Of a stretch of 64,000 nt of DNA, positions 22,897-33,569 are shown piece after piece. The notes under the pieces are model-generated. The model was given only the letters and a program-made list of their open reading frames with translations, was not told the origin of the DNA and did no database searches. The position numbers and the translations under genes were made by a program. This DNA comes from a virus (taxonomy: Duplodnaviria > Caudoviricetes). Where the stretch lies: IMG/VR virus record IMGVR_UViG_3300011008_002712; one strand, written 5' to 3'. Numbering within the stretch: position 1 is the first letter of the stretch; the number at the start of each line of letters is the position of its first letter.

Positions 22897-23086
22897 TCAT
22901 TTTCATATAAAAATTTTTCCCATGCCATTAAAATTATTAAAATCTCCAAAAAGATATTAAAAATTTTAATAAATTTTAATTCTACATAAACTTATCATCC
23001 GTGATTCGTTTATATATAGCTTAGCATATAGCTTCCGAATGCATTTGAATTCTTGATTATATTAATCTACTCATAGTAGATGTTGC

Positions 23087-24379
23087 TTACGCAACACATA
23101 CTCTTTCAACATTACTTGCTATTTTCTTCCAATTTAAATTGGAACCAAAACAGGAAATCAAGCTCTTATTCATTCGCCTTTTTTTGTTATTTTGTTGTAT
23201 TTCATATTTTCTTATTATTTGATATCCAGCATTTATATCATCATTAATAACAACATCATTAGACACAAACAATCCTCTTTTTACTCTACGCTCATTGTTA
23301 TAAAACTTCTTTTGAGGCAATTCATTATCCAAAAATGATGTTCCAGATGTATAAGATTCATTAATATAAACTACTTTTATCCTATATAACTTAGCTTTAT
23401 ATTCAATCATTGTTTTAAACATATTGAATGGAATATAAATAAAATTTTGTTTATTGTCATTGTGTTGTTTCCAATTTTTATTTTCTCCTATGATAATTTT
23501 AGACACTCCATTTTTCAAACATTCTCTAATCAAAAATGTACTAGCTTTATGCATATAGTCTTTGATTTTTCTATACCTTTTTAACCATAAAGCTTCTAAT
23601 CTCTTTGTGATATAAAGGTTATTACATTTTTTTGCCAAAGACTTACATTTAGAGATTTTTTTGTTGTACAGTTGATTTGCAGACTTAATGAAACTACTAT
23701 CAATTAAAATAGGAGATTTATTGAAATTAAATGAACATGCAGCAAAATTTGCTACTCCTAAGTCTATACCACAAATCTTATCTTTACGTAATGTATAAGC
23801 TTGTTTAGCAAATATTTGATAAACAACTTCTAAAACAATAACGCCATGCTTTAAATAAAATCTCACCTCACTAAGCTTTTTAAAATCGTATTCTTTGTTT
23901 GTAAAACATTCTTTAATATCCAATGTAAAACCGTTATAAGTTTTAGGAAAATGTAATACATTGCCCTTAACCTTACAATTCTGGTTTGTGAGAGTTACAA
24001 TGTAATACTTATCCTTTTTGTATTTAGGTATCTTTGGCTTTCCAGTATAATTTTTAGGATTTTCATTGTATTTTTTCAAAGATCTAAGAAAATACTTCAT
24101 ACTATCTTGAGCTTTCATGACAGTCTGCTGAGCAGACTGTACAGTAGCCATCTGATAATAATCATATCCTGGTTTGTTGCTTCTATTAGACATCTTATTT
24201 TTCATTACTTTATCTAAGTTTTTTATGTTTTCTTTTCTAAAAAATGCTTGCCTTAGCTCATATAAAGTAGCATTATAAAGATTCTTTGAAAAATGAAGCT
24301 GGAAAAGCAAAAAAGAATACATTGGATCATGTTCTCTTATAAAGAATTGTTTTACTCTAAAATTTGTAACTTTTTTCAT
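23087..24379 (-). CDS. tnpB: TnpB RNA-guided nuclease family (Zn-finger-less type with rearranged RuvC-II)
   Basis: SKNLYN, GIDLGVANFAA (RuvC-I), IKDYMHKAS, IIIGENKNWKQ, INESYTS, R.KRGLF, NDDINAG (RuvC-III). Confidence 0.85.
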   Translation of the reverse strand: MKKVTNFRVKQFFIREHDPMYSFLLFQLHFSKNLYNATLYELRQAFFRKENIKNLDKVMKNKMSNRSNKPGYDYYQMATVQSAQQTVMKAQDSMKYFLRSLKKYNENPKNYTGKPKIPKYKKDKYYIVTLTNQNCKVKGNVLHFPKTYNGFTLDIKECFTNKEYDFKKLSEVRFYLKHGVIVLEVVYQIFAKQAYTLRKDKICGIDLGVANFAACSFNFNKSPILIDSSFIKSANQLYNKKISKCKSLAKKCNNLYITKRLEALWLKRYRKIKDYMHKASTFLIRECLKNGVSKIIIGENKNWKQHNDNKQNFIYIPFNMFKTMIEYKAKLYRIKVVYINESYTSGTSFLDNELPQKKFYNNERRVKRGLFVSNDVVINDDINAGYQIIRKYEIQQNNKKRRMNKSLISCFGSNLNWKKIASNVERVCVA

Positions 24380-24549
24380 CTTTTTTCACCTCCCTTCATG
24401 TTTAATTCTATTCTATCATACGTTTAAATGTATGTAAATAATATATATTATAACGTGTTTTAATATTTTTAATAAAAAATGATAGTAAAAACATAAATTT
24501 ATTAAAAATATAAAAGATTTAATAAAATTTTTAATAAATTATTTTTTCT

Positions 24550-25461
24550 TTAATATTTTCTTTTACTATATACGTTTTGATTTATAAAATCAGCAACTAG
24601 AACATGTTCGTTTAATTCAACGAATAATTGTTTACAAACATTAATCAAAGTTATTAAAACATCTTTATTTATTTTTGAATTATTACATTTTAAATGAATA
24701 ATGTTCCATCCAAAACTAATCATTACATTATCTTTTTTTAAATCAATGTCAGATAAAAATAAATTGTTTTCATCTTCTTTTCTGTAGATTCTATGGCCAG
24801 TGCCATCATATTCTATGACAATCTTATCATTAACCAACGCAATATCGCCATAATAAAGATTGTTATTGACTTCAAATTTATAATTCAAAACTCCATCTAA
24901 CATTTCACATAAATGAACTTGATTTTTTGAAACAATTTTTTTACCATCTTTTTGACATTTTGCTTCATTAAAATTTTTAAACATCGTTCTAATTCTTTTT
25001 GAATGTGTTTCTTTTGTATCAACATATCCTTTTTTATTACCACATCTTTTTAGATTCGTTTCATATCTTTTTTGTACATAGGCTTCATGTTTTTCTGAAC
25101 CAACGCCATAATTATTTTTAAAATTCTTTGCATTTTCTAATTTTATGTTTTCTTCAGAAAAAACATTTTTGACCCCATAGATTTTCATTACTTTATTTTC
25201 TCTCATTTTTTTAATGCATTCCATGTCACCACAAGAATGTAATTTTCCGCATGACACGGCAATATACTGAATCTTATATTCTTTTCCGCAAATGTCACAA
25301 ATTGCTTTCACAACAACTCTAGATGTTGGCATCAAATCATTTGAATCAACTTCAATGATATCATTTTTATGCTTAACATCATATCCTTTCTTTTTAAACC
25401 ATTTCATGTTACTAGAGGATAATTTTATTTTAACTTTTTGGTTAACAATCATACAGCTCAC
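24550..25461 (-). CDS. Homing-endonuclease-like protein, paralog of 21985-22896
   Basis: CDICGK, HSCGDMEC, YGVKNV, GDIALVNDKIVIEYDGTGH; collinear with 21985-22896. Confidence 0.65.
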   Translation of the reverse strand: MSCMIVNQKVKIKLSSSNMKWFKKKGYDVKHKNDIIEVDSNDLMPTSRVVVKAICDICGKEYKIQYIAVSCGKLHSCGDMECIKKMRENKVMKIYGVKNVFSEENIKLENAKNFKNNYGVGSEKHEAYVQKRYETNLKRCGNKKGYVDTKETHSKRIRTMFKNFNEAKCQKDGKKIVSKNQVHLCEMLDGVLNYKFEVNNNLYYGDIALVNDKIVIEYDGTGHRIYRKEDENNLFLSDIDLKKDNVMISFGWNIIHLKCNNSKINKDVLITLINVCKQLFVELNEHVLVADFINQNVYSKRKY

Positions 25462-25480
25462 CTCTTAATTTTAACATAAG

Positions 25481-25510
25481 AAAAAAGACGTCTTTTATGA
25501 CGTCTTTTTT
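25481..25510. terminator. Bidirectional terminator-like hairpin after the tube genes
   Basis: AAAAAAGACGTC/GACGTCTTTTTT inverted repeat. Confidence 0.65.
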
Positions 25511-25555
25511 ATATATTTTCAACATCGAATAATTTTTTTCTAAACAATGTAATTA

Positions 25556-26287
25556 TTAGTATACGTCGCCGTAAGCAATCTGAACGTCTTCAGCAACAGT
25601 TATGGACCCAACACTATAAGAACGTCTATATGATGACAACCAGCAATCTATGTATGTTTCAATCCAATATTTTTCTTGCTGTCCATGTGCTCTAGTTTTT
25701 ACTTGTATTTCAAGAGGAGTCCTCTGATCTTTCAATGTTTTGAACACGAAATTTGTAGCAGTTTTATATGCTTTTGAGTCAATACTGTCTGGAGCAATAG
25801 ATGATTTATCCCATTCTGTTGTTCCTGCTGAACCTTCGGTCTCAGCATCATATACTTTTGCTCCAATTTCATTGAATGGGCGACCGCTAGTCGTTAAACC
25901 AATAGCATTCCATATAGATGATTCATATAAAGCAATACGAGATACGCTCAAAGAGCCACCTTTCGTATTATCTGGCACAGCTTGAACGACGCCTTCCCAA
26001 CCAATAGCTTGAAGTTTATTGATGGTACGCGTTTCGTTCACAGTGAAGCTTTGAATCATTCCTACGATGGAACCATTGGCAAAAATAAATACGTTTGTAG
26101 ACGTAGCTGCTAATGAGTTATCGAACGCTGTTCTTGGATTAAAATCATTTTCTGCAGTACGTATATCGTTTCTTGTAGCACGATGGGTGTTTGTAGATGT
26201 ATTTCTAATATTACTATTAACAGCATCGTGCTGTTCAAAGTTATTAAAATGCAGTCCAGTATCATAGCCTGGAGATGTTATTGCCAT
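25556..26287 (-). CDS. Tail tube protein 2
   Basis: Downstream of the sheath; TSTN.FANG..VGMIQ.F..ETRTI..G.EGVVQ.VP...YIDCW motifs shared with 26308-26988. Confidence 0.7.
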   Translation of the reverse strand: MAITSPGYDTGLHFNNFEQHDAVNSNIRNTSTNTHRATRNDIRTAENDFNPRTAFDNSLAATSTNVFIFANGSIVGMIQSFTVNETRTINKLQAIGWEGVVQAVPDNTKGGSLSVSRIALYESSIWNAIGLTTSGRPFNEIGAKVYDAETEGSAGTTEWDKSSIAPDSIDSKAYKTATNFVFKTLKDQRTPLEIQVKTRAHGQQEKYWIETYIDCWLSSYRRSYSVGSITVAEDVQIAYGDVY

Positions 26288-26307
26288 GTATTCTCACCTA
26301 CCTTCAC

Positions 26308-26988
26308 TTAGTTAGTGCCTGTAATTTTTTCACCATATACGTCACTATAAGACACAGTAGCCGTTTCGGTAATTGTTATAGTATTACTTGTTATTGTTTT
26401 ACTATACTGCTGAATCCAGCAATCTACGTACGTATCAACATGATATGAATCATTTTGATCATCTGGAAGTCTAATTTTTGTTTTGAATTCCAAAGGAACT
26501 CTTTGATCTTTCAAAGTCTTAAATGGATTTCCGTATGTACGATATGTTGGATCTTTCATAGCATTGGCTGTATCATATACATAATCAGAATCTCCAGCAG
26601 GAATAAACTGACCAGTTTTTGTTAGACCAATAGCATTAGCAAGCATTGAGTTAAATAGTGCAAATCTACGTAATGATATAGTACCACCATTGGTATTGCC
26701 CGGTACCATTTGCACAACGCCTTCTGTTCCAAGTTCTTGAACTGGAGTTATTGTACGTTGTTCTGATGGAGAAAACTCTTGTACCATGCCAACACGCATA
26801 TTGTTAGCAAATACTTCAATGTTTGTGCTAGTAATAGGCAAAGTAGCAGAGTTATCAGCAACTTCAGGCATACCAGTAGCACGTTGAGTATTCAGCATTT
26901 TGTTTACTGAAGACGGAAACGCTGCTTTAGTACCAGCAATTACATTTTTTGAATTATCAGCTGCAGTTGCTGCACCACTAACTGGCAT
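26308..26988 (-). CDS. Tail tube protein 1 (major)
   Basis: Immediately follows the sheath; beta-rich tube-like motifs; GAGGTGAG RBS. Confidence 0.72.
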   Translation of the reverse strand: MPVSGAATAADNSKNVIAGTKAAFPSSVNKMLNTQRATGMPEVADNSATLPITSTNIEVFANNMRVGMVQEFSPSEQRTITPVQELGTEGVVQMVPGNTNGGTISLRRFALFNSMLANAIGLTKTGQFIPAGDSDYVYDTANAMKDPTYRTYGNPFKTLKDQRVPLEFKTKIRLPDDQNDSYHVDTYVDCWIQQYSKTITSNTITITETATVSYSDVYGEKITGTN

Positions 26989-27014
26989 ATTTACTCACCT
27001 CACTTAAAAAGGTT

Positions 27015-27042
27015 TGTATCAGGGACATTTGTCCCTGATACA
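27015..27042. promoter_or_regulatory. 13-bp perfect hairpin between sheath and tube genes (terminator or mRNA stabiliser)
   Basis: TGTATCAGGGACA-TT-TGTCCCTGATACA. Confidence 0.55.
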
Positions 27043-27064
27043 TTATTGAAGTTGTTATTTATAA

Positions 27065-29218
27065 TCAGGTAGCAGCAAATCCAAATGTAATAGTTACATA
27101 ATTCAATGGATAAACTGCTTCAATCTCAAAGTTTACAAGTACTTCACGAGGATCATCTGGAGAATCTTTAACAGAAAGTCCACTGTAACCAAGAAGAATT
27201 TCTTGAGAAACAAATTGAGACAAAATTGAATTAATTGTATATTGAATATCTGCTTTTCTACCGGGCAGATTCTTAATACCGATATAAAGAGCATCGCAAG
27301 ATCTACGGCATTGATCAATGACATAGTCTTTTATTTGGATAAGAGTAATTTCTGTGGTATTGACTTCATCATCTTTTGTAGTAATACCATGACGGCAACG
27401 AATACCGGCAGTTTTTTGTTCTACTACGCAGCAACCAGATTCTGCTAATGCATTTTTCTCAGTTTCAGTATAAACATCTAACAATTCGTTAAATCCGCAG
27501 TTAATATACTTACGAGTAAGTGGTTCTGCAACGTCTTGTGTTAATGCAATAGTAGCTACGCCAAGAGCAAGATAGCAACCTGGAAGCGTTCTTGTATTGA
27601 TTCGTCCAGTCTGAAGGTTTTTAACATCATAAGTTACTCGTCCTGGAACAACATAAACAACGCGCTCATTGTCATAACCTTCAGCTTGTTGTTTCATACC
27701 AACTGTCTTATCAGCAGCTGTTGCAAATTTATTAATCGGCTGTCCAGGATATGCACCAAGATACGTCATACGTTCATGTGCACCTTCTTCAGAAGACATA
27801 TGCTCAACGTGAGTCATCATATAAGAGCCAACTGAAGTTGAAGTTGTAAGAGGAACAACAATATTTACGTTATTAGCACCAGCAACATCAGCTGTAAGTT
27901 TATCAATAGCTTTCTTCATTTCATAGTCTGAATCATTTTTTGATTGTACACAGACTAATGGATTTACGCCAGCTCTAAATGCAAGTTCGGCACCAAGAGT
28001 CAGTGAATTAATAACTACCATAGATGCTGTAACATCATAGTTACCATATTCTTGAATGACTGAATCATAATCATAGAAGAGTTGTGGATTGTAATCTTCA
28101 TCAGATTTCTTATATTTATAAGAAACATAATAAACATCATCTTCGGCAATAGATTCTCCGCGTTCTGGAGCTGTTACATGAATACCAACAGTATCTCCAA
28201 CATTGACAGAAGAATCTATTTCATTGATAATAAATGTAATGCCTGGAATGATATTAAGATATTCAGCCACAGTGCCAACTTCACCTGAATAAATTGGATT
28301 AAGAGAAGTATCAAATCCATCTGTTACATTATTTATTTCAATCATTTGAGGAGATGAAGAAGTAAATACTAATTCATAATCTCCGTTTGTAATTGATTCA
28401 GAATCTACAATCATGAAATATTCGTAATCAGCTGATGAAGAAGCTGTTGAAGCATTCAATGGCATAAATGAATCTGCTAATGCTTGGTTATATCCAGTTA
28501 CGGTATCATCAAATTGAACAGACGCTTCAATTTCTGTTTTTGGTGCTTTTGTAGTAATAATTACAGCGTCGCCTACTTTTGTAATTGATTCGCCAGAAGA
28601 ATCTGGTACAAAAACATCTTCAACTTTAATCTTAAGTCCAGGAACCGCTTCATCATTCCAATCTGGAGAAACACCCCATTCACCAAGAATCTGTTTTGAT
28701 GAATTATCAATTACTCGATAACATCCTACATTGACATGCCCAGTCTCAGAATGATCCCAAGCATCTTCAATATAAGATATTTCTAATGTATAAGAACCAT
28801 CTACTACTTTATATTCGTCATTGTCATTGACAATAGCTGTTACTTGGTTTTTAAGTTGAATAGCAGCTTCTGTTGGCGTAGCGGCTGTAACACTATATTC
28901 GGCGGGAGCAATGGTATTCCAAGCAATCTTGTTACCATCTTTCAGCTCATACGCTACACCCTCTTCGAATACTGTTGTGCCTCTAACTATAGAACCGTTA
29001 GAAAGAGCGCGGTCAGTCAATGAAATAATTTCAAACACGTTATCTTGAGCAAGTTTATCATAGCTTTGTGTATGTGATTTCTTAATAGCTTCATTATAAA
29101 CTTCAAAATAATTGGCACCAGTGCCAACTATACCCAATACACGAGTTGCACCAACATTGTTGACCGGAGAAGCCGTTCTAACAAATCGCGCATACGCGCC
29201 AGGTACACGATAAGGCAT
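27065..29218 (-). CDS. Contractile tail sheath protein
   Basis: N-terminal YRVPGAYARF; C-terminal RHGITT...EITLIQIKDYV...VNFEIEAVYPLNYVTITF sheath signature. Confidence 0.85.
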   Translation of the reverse strand: MPYRVPGAYARFVRTASPVNNVGATRVLGIVGTGANYFEVYNEAIKKSHTQSYDKLAQDNVFEIISLTDRALSNGSIVRGTTVFEEGVAYELKDGNKIAWNTIAPAEYSVTAATPTEAAIQLKNQVTAIVNDNDEYKVVDGSYTLEISYIEDAWDHSETGHVNVGCYRVIDNSSKQILGEWGVSPDWNDEAVPGLKIKVEDVFVPDSSGESITKVGDAVIITTKAPKTEIEASVQFDDTVTGYNQALADSFMPLNASTASSSADYEYFMIVDSESITNGDYELVFTSSSPQMIEINNVTDGFDTSLNPIYSGEVGTVAEYLNIIPGITFIINEIDSSVNVGDTVGIHVTAPERGESIAEDDVYYVSYKYKKSDEDYNPQLFYDYDSVIQEYGNYDVTASMVVINSLTLGAELAFRAGVNPLVCVQSKNDSDYEMKKAIDKLTADVAGANNVNIVVPLTTSTSVGSYMMTHVEHMSSEEGAHERMTYLGAYPGQPINKFATAADKTVGMKQQAEGYDNERVVYVVPGRVTYDVKNLQTGRINTRTLPGCYLALGVATIALTQDVAEPLTRKYINCGFNELLDVYTETEKNALAESGCCVVEQKTAGIRCRHGITTKDDEVNTTEITLIQIKDYVIDQCRRSCDALYIGIKNLPGRKADIQYTINSILSQFVSQEILLGYSGLSVKDSPDDPREVLVNFEIEAVYPLNYVTITFGFAAT

Positions 29219-29249
29219 TTAAATTACCTCCCTTCGAATTTCTATATAA

Positions 29250-29918
29250 TCATGAGTCCTCGTTGTTAAACTCATGCCTATAATCTTTTGTTTGTTGACT
29301 ATTATAAGAACTCGTATCTGAATTCGAATCATTTTTCATGGACATATTAGCTTTAAGAGTAAACTCGTTAGGATCGAGAAGTTCAACATCTTCTATCCAA
29401 GAAGACCACGTGTCAATTCGTATAGAAGCTATATATACTTTGTCTGAATTATAGTCAATACTAGATTCTCCTGCATATGATACATTTTTTATTATAATTC
29501 CTTGATTTTGAATAAATCTTCTTAAAGAAAATCTAATTGCTTTAGCTATCAAATCAGCAAATACTTCTCGTTCTAATGTATTTTTACATCCTACATCTAT
29601 TTGTACTCCAAATTCATAAAAGCCCTGATAACGCCATGCTATAATCTGTCCAGTACGAGGATCTTTTATTTCTTGACAAAAATCCGATAACCCAGCAGTC
29701 ACCATTGTACCAGAAAATGTAGTTACTATCACTGTGGGAAATTTTCTAAGTTCTTCTGGTTCTGTATCATAAAATACAGCTTCTGCAAATAAATTTTCAG
29801 AAATTTGTTTTGGCAATTTGTGACGATAGTTTTTCGGATTTCTAAAATATAATCGAAGAAAAGCGATTATGACATCTTTAATATGTCGTTCGGCATGTTC
29901 GATTATCACAATCATCAT
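29250..29918 (-). CDS. Putative tail terminator/completion protein
   Basis: Directly upstream of the sheath; FPTVIV motif; assignment mainly by position. Confidence 0.5.
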   Translation of the reverse strand: MMIVIIEHAERHIKDVIIAFLRLYFRNPKNYRHKLPKQISENLFAEAVFYDTEPEELRKFPTVIVTTFSGTMVTAGLSDFCQEIKDPRTGQIIAWRYQGFYEFGVQIDVGCKNTLEREVFADLIAKAIRFSLRRFIQNQGIIIKNVSYAGESSIDYNSDKVYIASIRIDTWSSWIEDVELLDPNEFTLKANMSMKNDSNSDTSSYNSQQTKDYRHEFNNEDS

Positions 29919-29966
29919 CTCCTGAAAAAAAAATAAAATTACAATTGCTTAGTTATTTGTCGTCAA

Positions 29967-30821
29967 TCAGTTTCTTGGGTACAGTGTTGTTCGCTTTAAA
30001 TTATATATAACGTCTTCTGGATCATATGCTTTAAGTCTTAATTCCTGATGAAACAAGAACCCTCCAGCATGATTGATATGCCTTGCTAGAACTTGGTAGA
30101 AGACGCCATCTGGAGAAATGAGTATATCTCTATTCATAAGTAATGTATCAGAAATCGTCCAAGCGCCAGGAGTATTTTCATTAACAAACATTTGATTAGA
30201 TATACCAAGATTTTGTTCAACAGGTTTTAATCTAACATATAATTGATATGCAGGATCATATCCTCCTACAAATCCAGTACCATAGCAGACTGGACAAGAA
30301 TTTAATCCAGAACGTCCTCTAATCTCATCATAACATCTTTCGCATTTTTCTCCAGTATATTTCCTTGTATATAAATCAAAAAGCATTCCAGTATTTTGAA
30401 GAATCCAATAATTTCGTTCATTTACTTTAAAAAACCATTTATCTGTATTTCTTATTCTAAATGTAGATGGTCTTGATAATTGCCCTTCTATAAAATTACC
30501 TTCTTCATCTTCATATACTGACGACACTTTATACCAATTCATTATGTTTGGATTGACATTTATATCGTGATCTTCATATCTATTTGTTTTCAATGGCAAT
30601 GAGTTTAATTTATAAAATAACCCATTTTGAGATAATCCCTTATAAATGTTATAATTAATAGATTTTATTTTCTTGTTCTCTAAATGTTTGTCTGGATTTC
30701 TTATCTCATCCCAAGTAACAATTAAATGACGATAATCTCTAGCATACGCAATAACTAAATGTTCTGGTGGAAGAAGCTGTCGTTGAATAACTATGTTCAT
30801 TACACTGCCTCCTATATACAA
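29967..30821 (-). CDS. Putative neck/head-closure protein (FN3-like N-terminus, CxxC...CPVCYGTGF)
   Basis: YNIYKG...RYEDH FN3-like segment; CERC...CPVCYGTGFVGGY; true start probably 30800. Confidence 0.5.
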   Translation of the reverse strand: MYIGGSVMNIVIQRQLLPPEHLVIAYARDYRHLIVTWDEIRNPDKHLENKKIKSINYNIYKGLSQNGLFYKLNSLPLKTNRYEDHDINVNPNIMNWYKVSSVYEDEEGNFIEGQLSRPSTFRIRNTDKWFFKVNERNYWILQNTGMLFDLYTRKYTGEKCERCYDEIRGRSGLNSCPVCYGTGFVGGYDPAYQLYVRLKPVEQNLGISNQMFVNENTPGAWTISDTLLMNRDILISPDGVFYQVLARHINHAGGFLFHQELRLKAYDPEDVIYNLKRTTLYPRN

Positions 30822-31612
30822 ATCATTGAATCTTTAGAAAATAAATTTGAATTCATTAGTTGTTTTGCAAACCCAGACGATTTTGTCAAATTTATTACTG
30901 TACGTTTTGCATGCGTAGAATCAGAACGAATTAAAACACAATACTTACCTGGTTTTAATGAAAAACGGTATCTTCCATTTTCATCTGTTTTTTCAAATGC
31001 ATATATATATGTATTATCGAATACTATAATTTCTGCATTATTAACTGGGCGTTTTGAATTATCAACTAAATTATTTTGTACATATATATAATCAGAATTT
31101 GTAAATGTTATTGTATCATCAACATGTTCTTTTATTGCAGCTTTAGTAGTAAGATAAAAATTATATTTTAATCCATCTTTTACAACTTGATCTTTATTAA
31201 CAAATAATTGATTATTTACATTTATTTCAATATCATAGACACCTGGCTGAACATACATTTTATACATTCCAGCTGAATCAGTGTAGCAAACATCTGAAAT
31301 AATTTTAGAAGAAATTCCTTGAAATTTTTTAATAAATGTTACTTTTGCATTTTTATAAATTTGGTTTCCATTTTTTATATATCCAACAACTGGTCTTAAA
31401 GCATAACGTTTTAGATCTATATATGATACATTTTCAAATAATTGATTTCCTAAGTGCAATGTATTAACTTCTGGCGTTGCTTGTATTTTAAACATCCCAT
31501 ATATTGTGTTTCTATCTGATTTAAATCCAAGCGGTTCAAAAAAACAATTAAATGTAATAGATCTTTTTTCAATATTTGAAGAAGTAAGAGATTCTATGGC
31601 CATACTCATCAC
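30812..31612 (-). CDS. Virion protein with two carboxypeptidase-regulatory/Ig-like beta-sandwich domains
   Basis: TDSAGMY...PGVYDI and TDENGRYRF..PGKY motifs. Confidence 0.55.
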   Translation of the reverse strand: MMSMAIESLTSSNIEKRSITFNCFFEPLGFKSDRNTIYGMFKIQATPEVNTLHLGNQLFENVSYIDLKRYALRPVVGYIKNGNQIYKNAKVTFIKKFQGISSKIISDVCYTDSAGMYKMYVQPGVYDIEINVNNQLFVNKDQVVKDGLKYNFYLTTKAAIKEHVDDTITFTNSDYIYVQNNLVDNSKRPVNNAEIIVFDNTYIYAFEKTDENGRYRFSLKPGKYCVLIRSDSTHAKRTVINLTKSSGFAKQLMNSNLFSKDSMICI

Positions 31613-32151
31613 TTCCTAAATTGATATGTAAATCTCAATTGAAAATTATATTGAAGTTTACATATGTTCGAACCTTTTTTTAATTTGATTTTTGTCTGTA
31701 TAATTGCATGGTCTCCGGTTCCAAGAATTGTTCCAAAGTCTGGAGAACACATTCCCTGTATTGTAGAAAATTCAGGATGTTGGCAATCTAATGCTTCCCA
31801 TTCTGCTTCTGGATTATATGTTATACATCTAACATAAAGAAATGGACATAAGTTTCTACATTCTCCAGGAATCTCTACATATAATTTACAATTTTCAGCA
31901 TCCATGCATGTTACTTCTGGTCCTCCGCCATTCCATGCATATGTTTCGTTGTTATGTATATCATATTCAACTATATATTCGCTTTCTCCGCCATTCATAC
32001 CATCTACGTCACCATAAAATATATCCTTAACTCTAGACGTAGACACCCAAGATAATACACAGTCACCAGTAATATTATCTATCATTCTAGTATAATATGT
32101 CATTCGTGGAAATACTAATCCAGTTGAATAACTTTTTTGATTAGGGAGCAA
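31609..32151 (-). CDS. Hypothetical virion-module protein
   Basis: 180-aa ORF with GAGGTG RBS; stop overlaps the next gene's start. Confidence 0.6.
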   Translation of the reverse strand: MLPNQKSYSTGLVFPRMTYYTRMIDNITGDCVLSWVSTSRVKDIFYGDVDGMNGGESEYIVEYDIHNNETYAWNGGGPEVTCMDAENCKLYVEIPGECRNLCPFLYVRCITYNPEAEWEALDCQHPEFSTIQGMCSPDFGTILGTGDHAIIQTKIKLKKGSNICKLQYNFQLRFTYQFRK

Positions 32152-32312
32152 TTCGTTTCACCTCACTCTTTATAAATAAATAAAAATGTTCATAAAAAAA
32201 AGACTATCATTAAATAGTCAAAAAAATCAGTCTATTTGTCACAAAAACAAATAGACTGATTAGGAGGTACGATATGATTATTAGGAGGTTAGAAAAGAAT
32301 TAATTTATTTTA

Positions 32313-32792
32313 TCACCAATTATAAGAATCATATCTCATATGTTCTGTTTCTCTCTGTTGATCATTTTGATCTTTTAAAAACTCTTTCAAATCATTTTCA
32401 GCTTTATCAAGAATTTTTTGAGAATATTCATCATAACCTTCATTTGCTATATATTCTCCAATTGAATCGTATCCAAGAAGCTTAGTTATTTCATCTAATA
32501 ATTCATCACTGTCTTCAAATCCACAATCAGAAATTGCTTCCATGATTAAATCATATGTATCACTTGAATCACAATATTTTTCATCTTTCATATATTCTTC
32601 ATATGCTTCATTCAAGTCTTTTATTTCATCATCATCATTAATATAATCGTTATTTCCATCTACGTGCCAAGAAAATTCATCTATATAATATTTATTGTCA
32701 TTTTTCAATGCTTCTTTTAATTTTGATTTATCAAGCATTTTATACACTTTCTGAGCCATTTCAGAAATGTTTGCAAATTTTTTTAATTTCAA
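32313..32792 (-). CDS. Hypothetical acidic protein
   Basis: 159 aa; GGGGAG RBS. Confidence 0.6.
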   Translation of the reverse strand: MKLKKFANISEMAQKVYKMLDKSKLKEALKNDNKYYIDEFSWHVDGNNDYINDDDEIKDLNEAYEEYMKDEKYCDSSDTYDLIMEAISDCGFEDSDELLDEITKLLGYDSIGEYIANEGYDEYSQKILDKAENDLKEFLKDQNDQQRETEHMRYDSYNW

Positions 32793-32803
32793 CGTTATCT
32801 CCC

Positions 32804-33061
32804 CTATATGACTTCAAAAACCTTGTTTTGAAAAATTTTATATGATGTTCCACATTTTTGACAAAAAATAACTCCTTCTTCAACTTGCAACGGTTCATAT
32901 CCACATTCTATGCAATGCTTTTCTGATTTAATTTGAGCAGCATCAAGCTCTTTCAATTCTATCATATCCTCGGCATCATTATGATCTAATCTTACTTTAA
33001 CATAATTTAATTCGCCGGGCATTGTTGCTTTTTTTAATCTTTTCATTTCAACGCCTCGCAT
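32804..33061 (-). CDS. Small Zn-ribbon protein
   Basis: CIECG...CQKCG. Confidence 0.6.
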   Translation of the reverse strand: MRGVEMKRLKKATMPGELNYVKVRLDHNDAEDMIELKELDAAQIKSEKHCIECGYEPLQVEEGVIFCQKCGTSYKIFQNKVFEVI

Positions 33062-33098
33062 ATTATTATCTAATAATTAAATTCATTTATTCATAAAT

Positions 33099-33569
33099 TC
33101 AATAACCTAGATCTTTTAAATGCGCAATCCTTACATTAATAGCTTCTTTTATTGCTTTACATATTTTAACGTCTACACCACAAAACCATAATTTTCTTTT
33201 CAAAGATTCCAATGTTTGAATATCCTCTATCTTATCAAAAACTTTTGTCATAATATTAAATACATCGTCTTCTGATAATTTTAATTCAGAAAAATCGATT
33301 CCAATTGTTTTTTTATTCATTTGTTTTTTAATTTCTGGTAGCAATGAATCGGCATAACTTTGTGTTAAATCAAGCTTTAAAGTCAATTCATTCATTTTTA
33401 TTCCATTATAACGTACATTCATTTTTTTCAAAGTATTCAAAACATCGTGATTACTTGTTCCAGAATTACAATTGCATTTTATCCATTCAATTAAATCAAA
33501 AAATCCACCGCCTTTAAACTCCCACAAAATTTCAAGTTGCTCTAATATAGCTTTATCAATATCAAACAT
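33099..33569 (-). CDS. Hypothetical protein
   Basis: 156-aa ORF with AGGAG RBS. Confidence 0.55.
   Translation of the reverse strand: MFDIDKAILEQLEILWEFKGGGFFDLIEWIKCNCNSGTSNHDVLNTLKKMNVRYNGIKMNELTLKLDLTQSYADSLLPEIKKQMNKKTIGIDFSELKLSEDDVFNIMTKVFDKIEDIQTLESLKRKLWFCGVDVKICKAIKEAINVRIAHLKDLGY

Noticed and set aside
122-29218. Bacterial contractile injection system (eCIS/tailocin) rather than phage
   Set aside because: Neck-like genes, homing endonucleases, a DGR and many small phage-type accessory genes point to a large phage genome.
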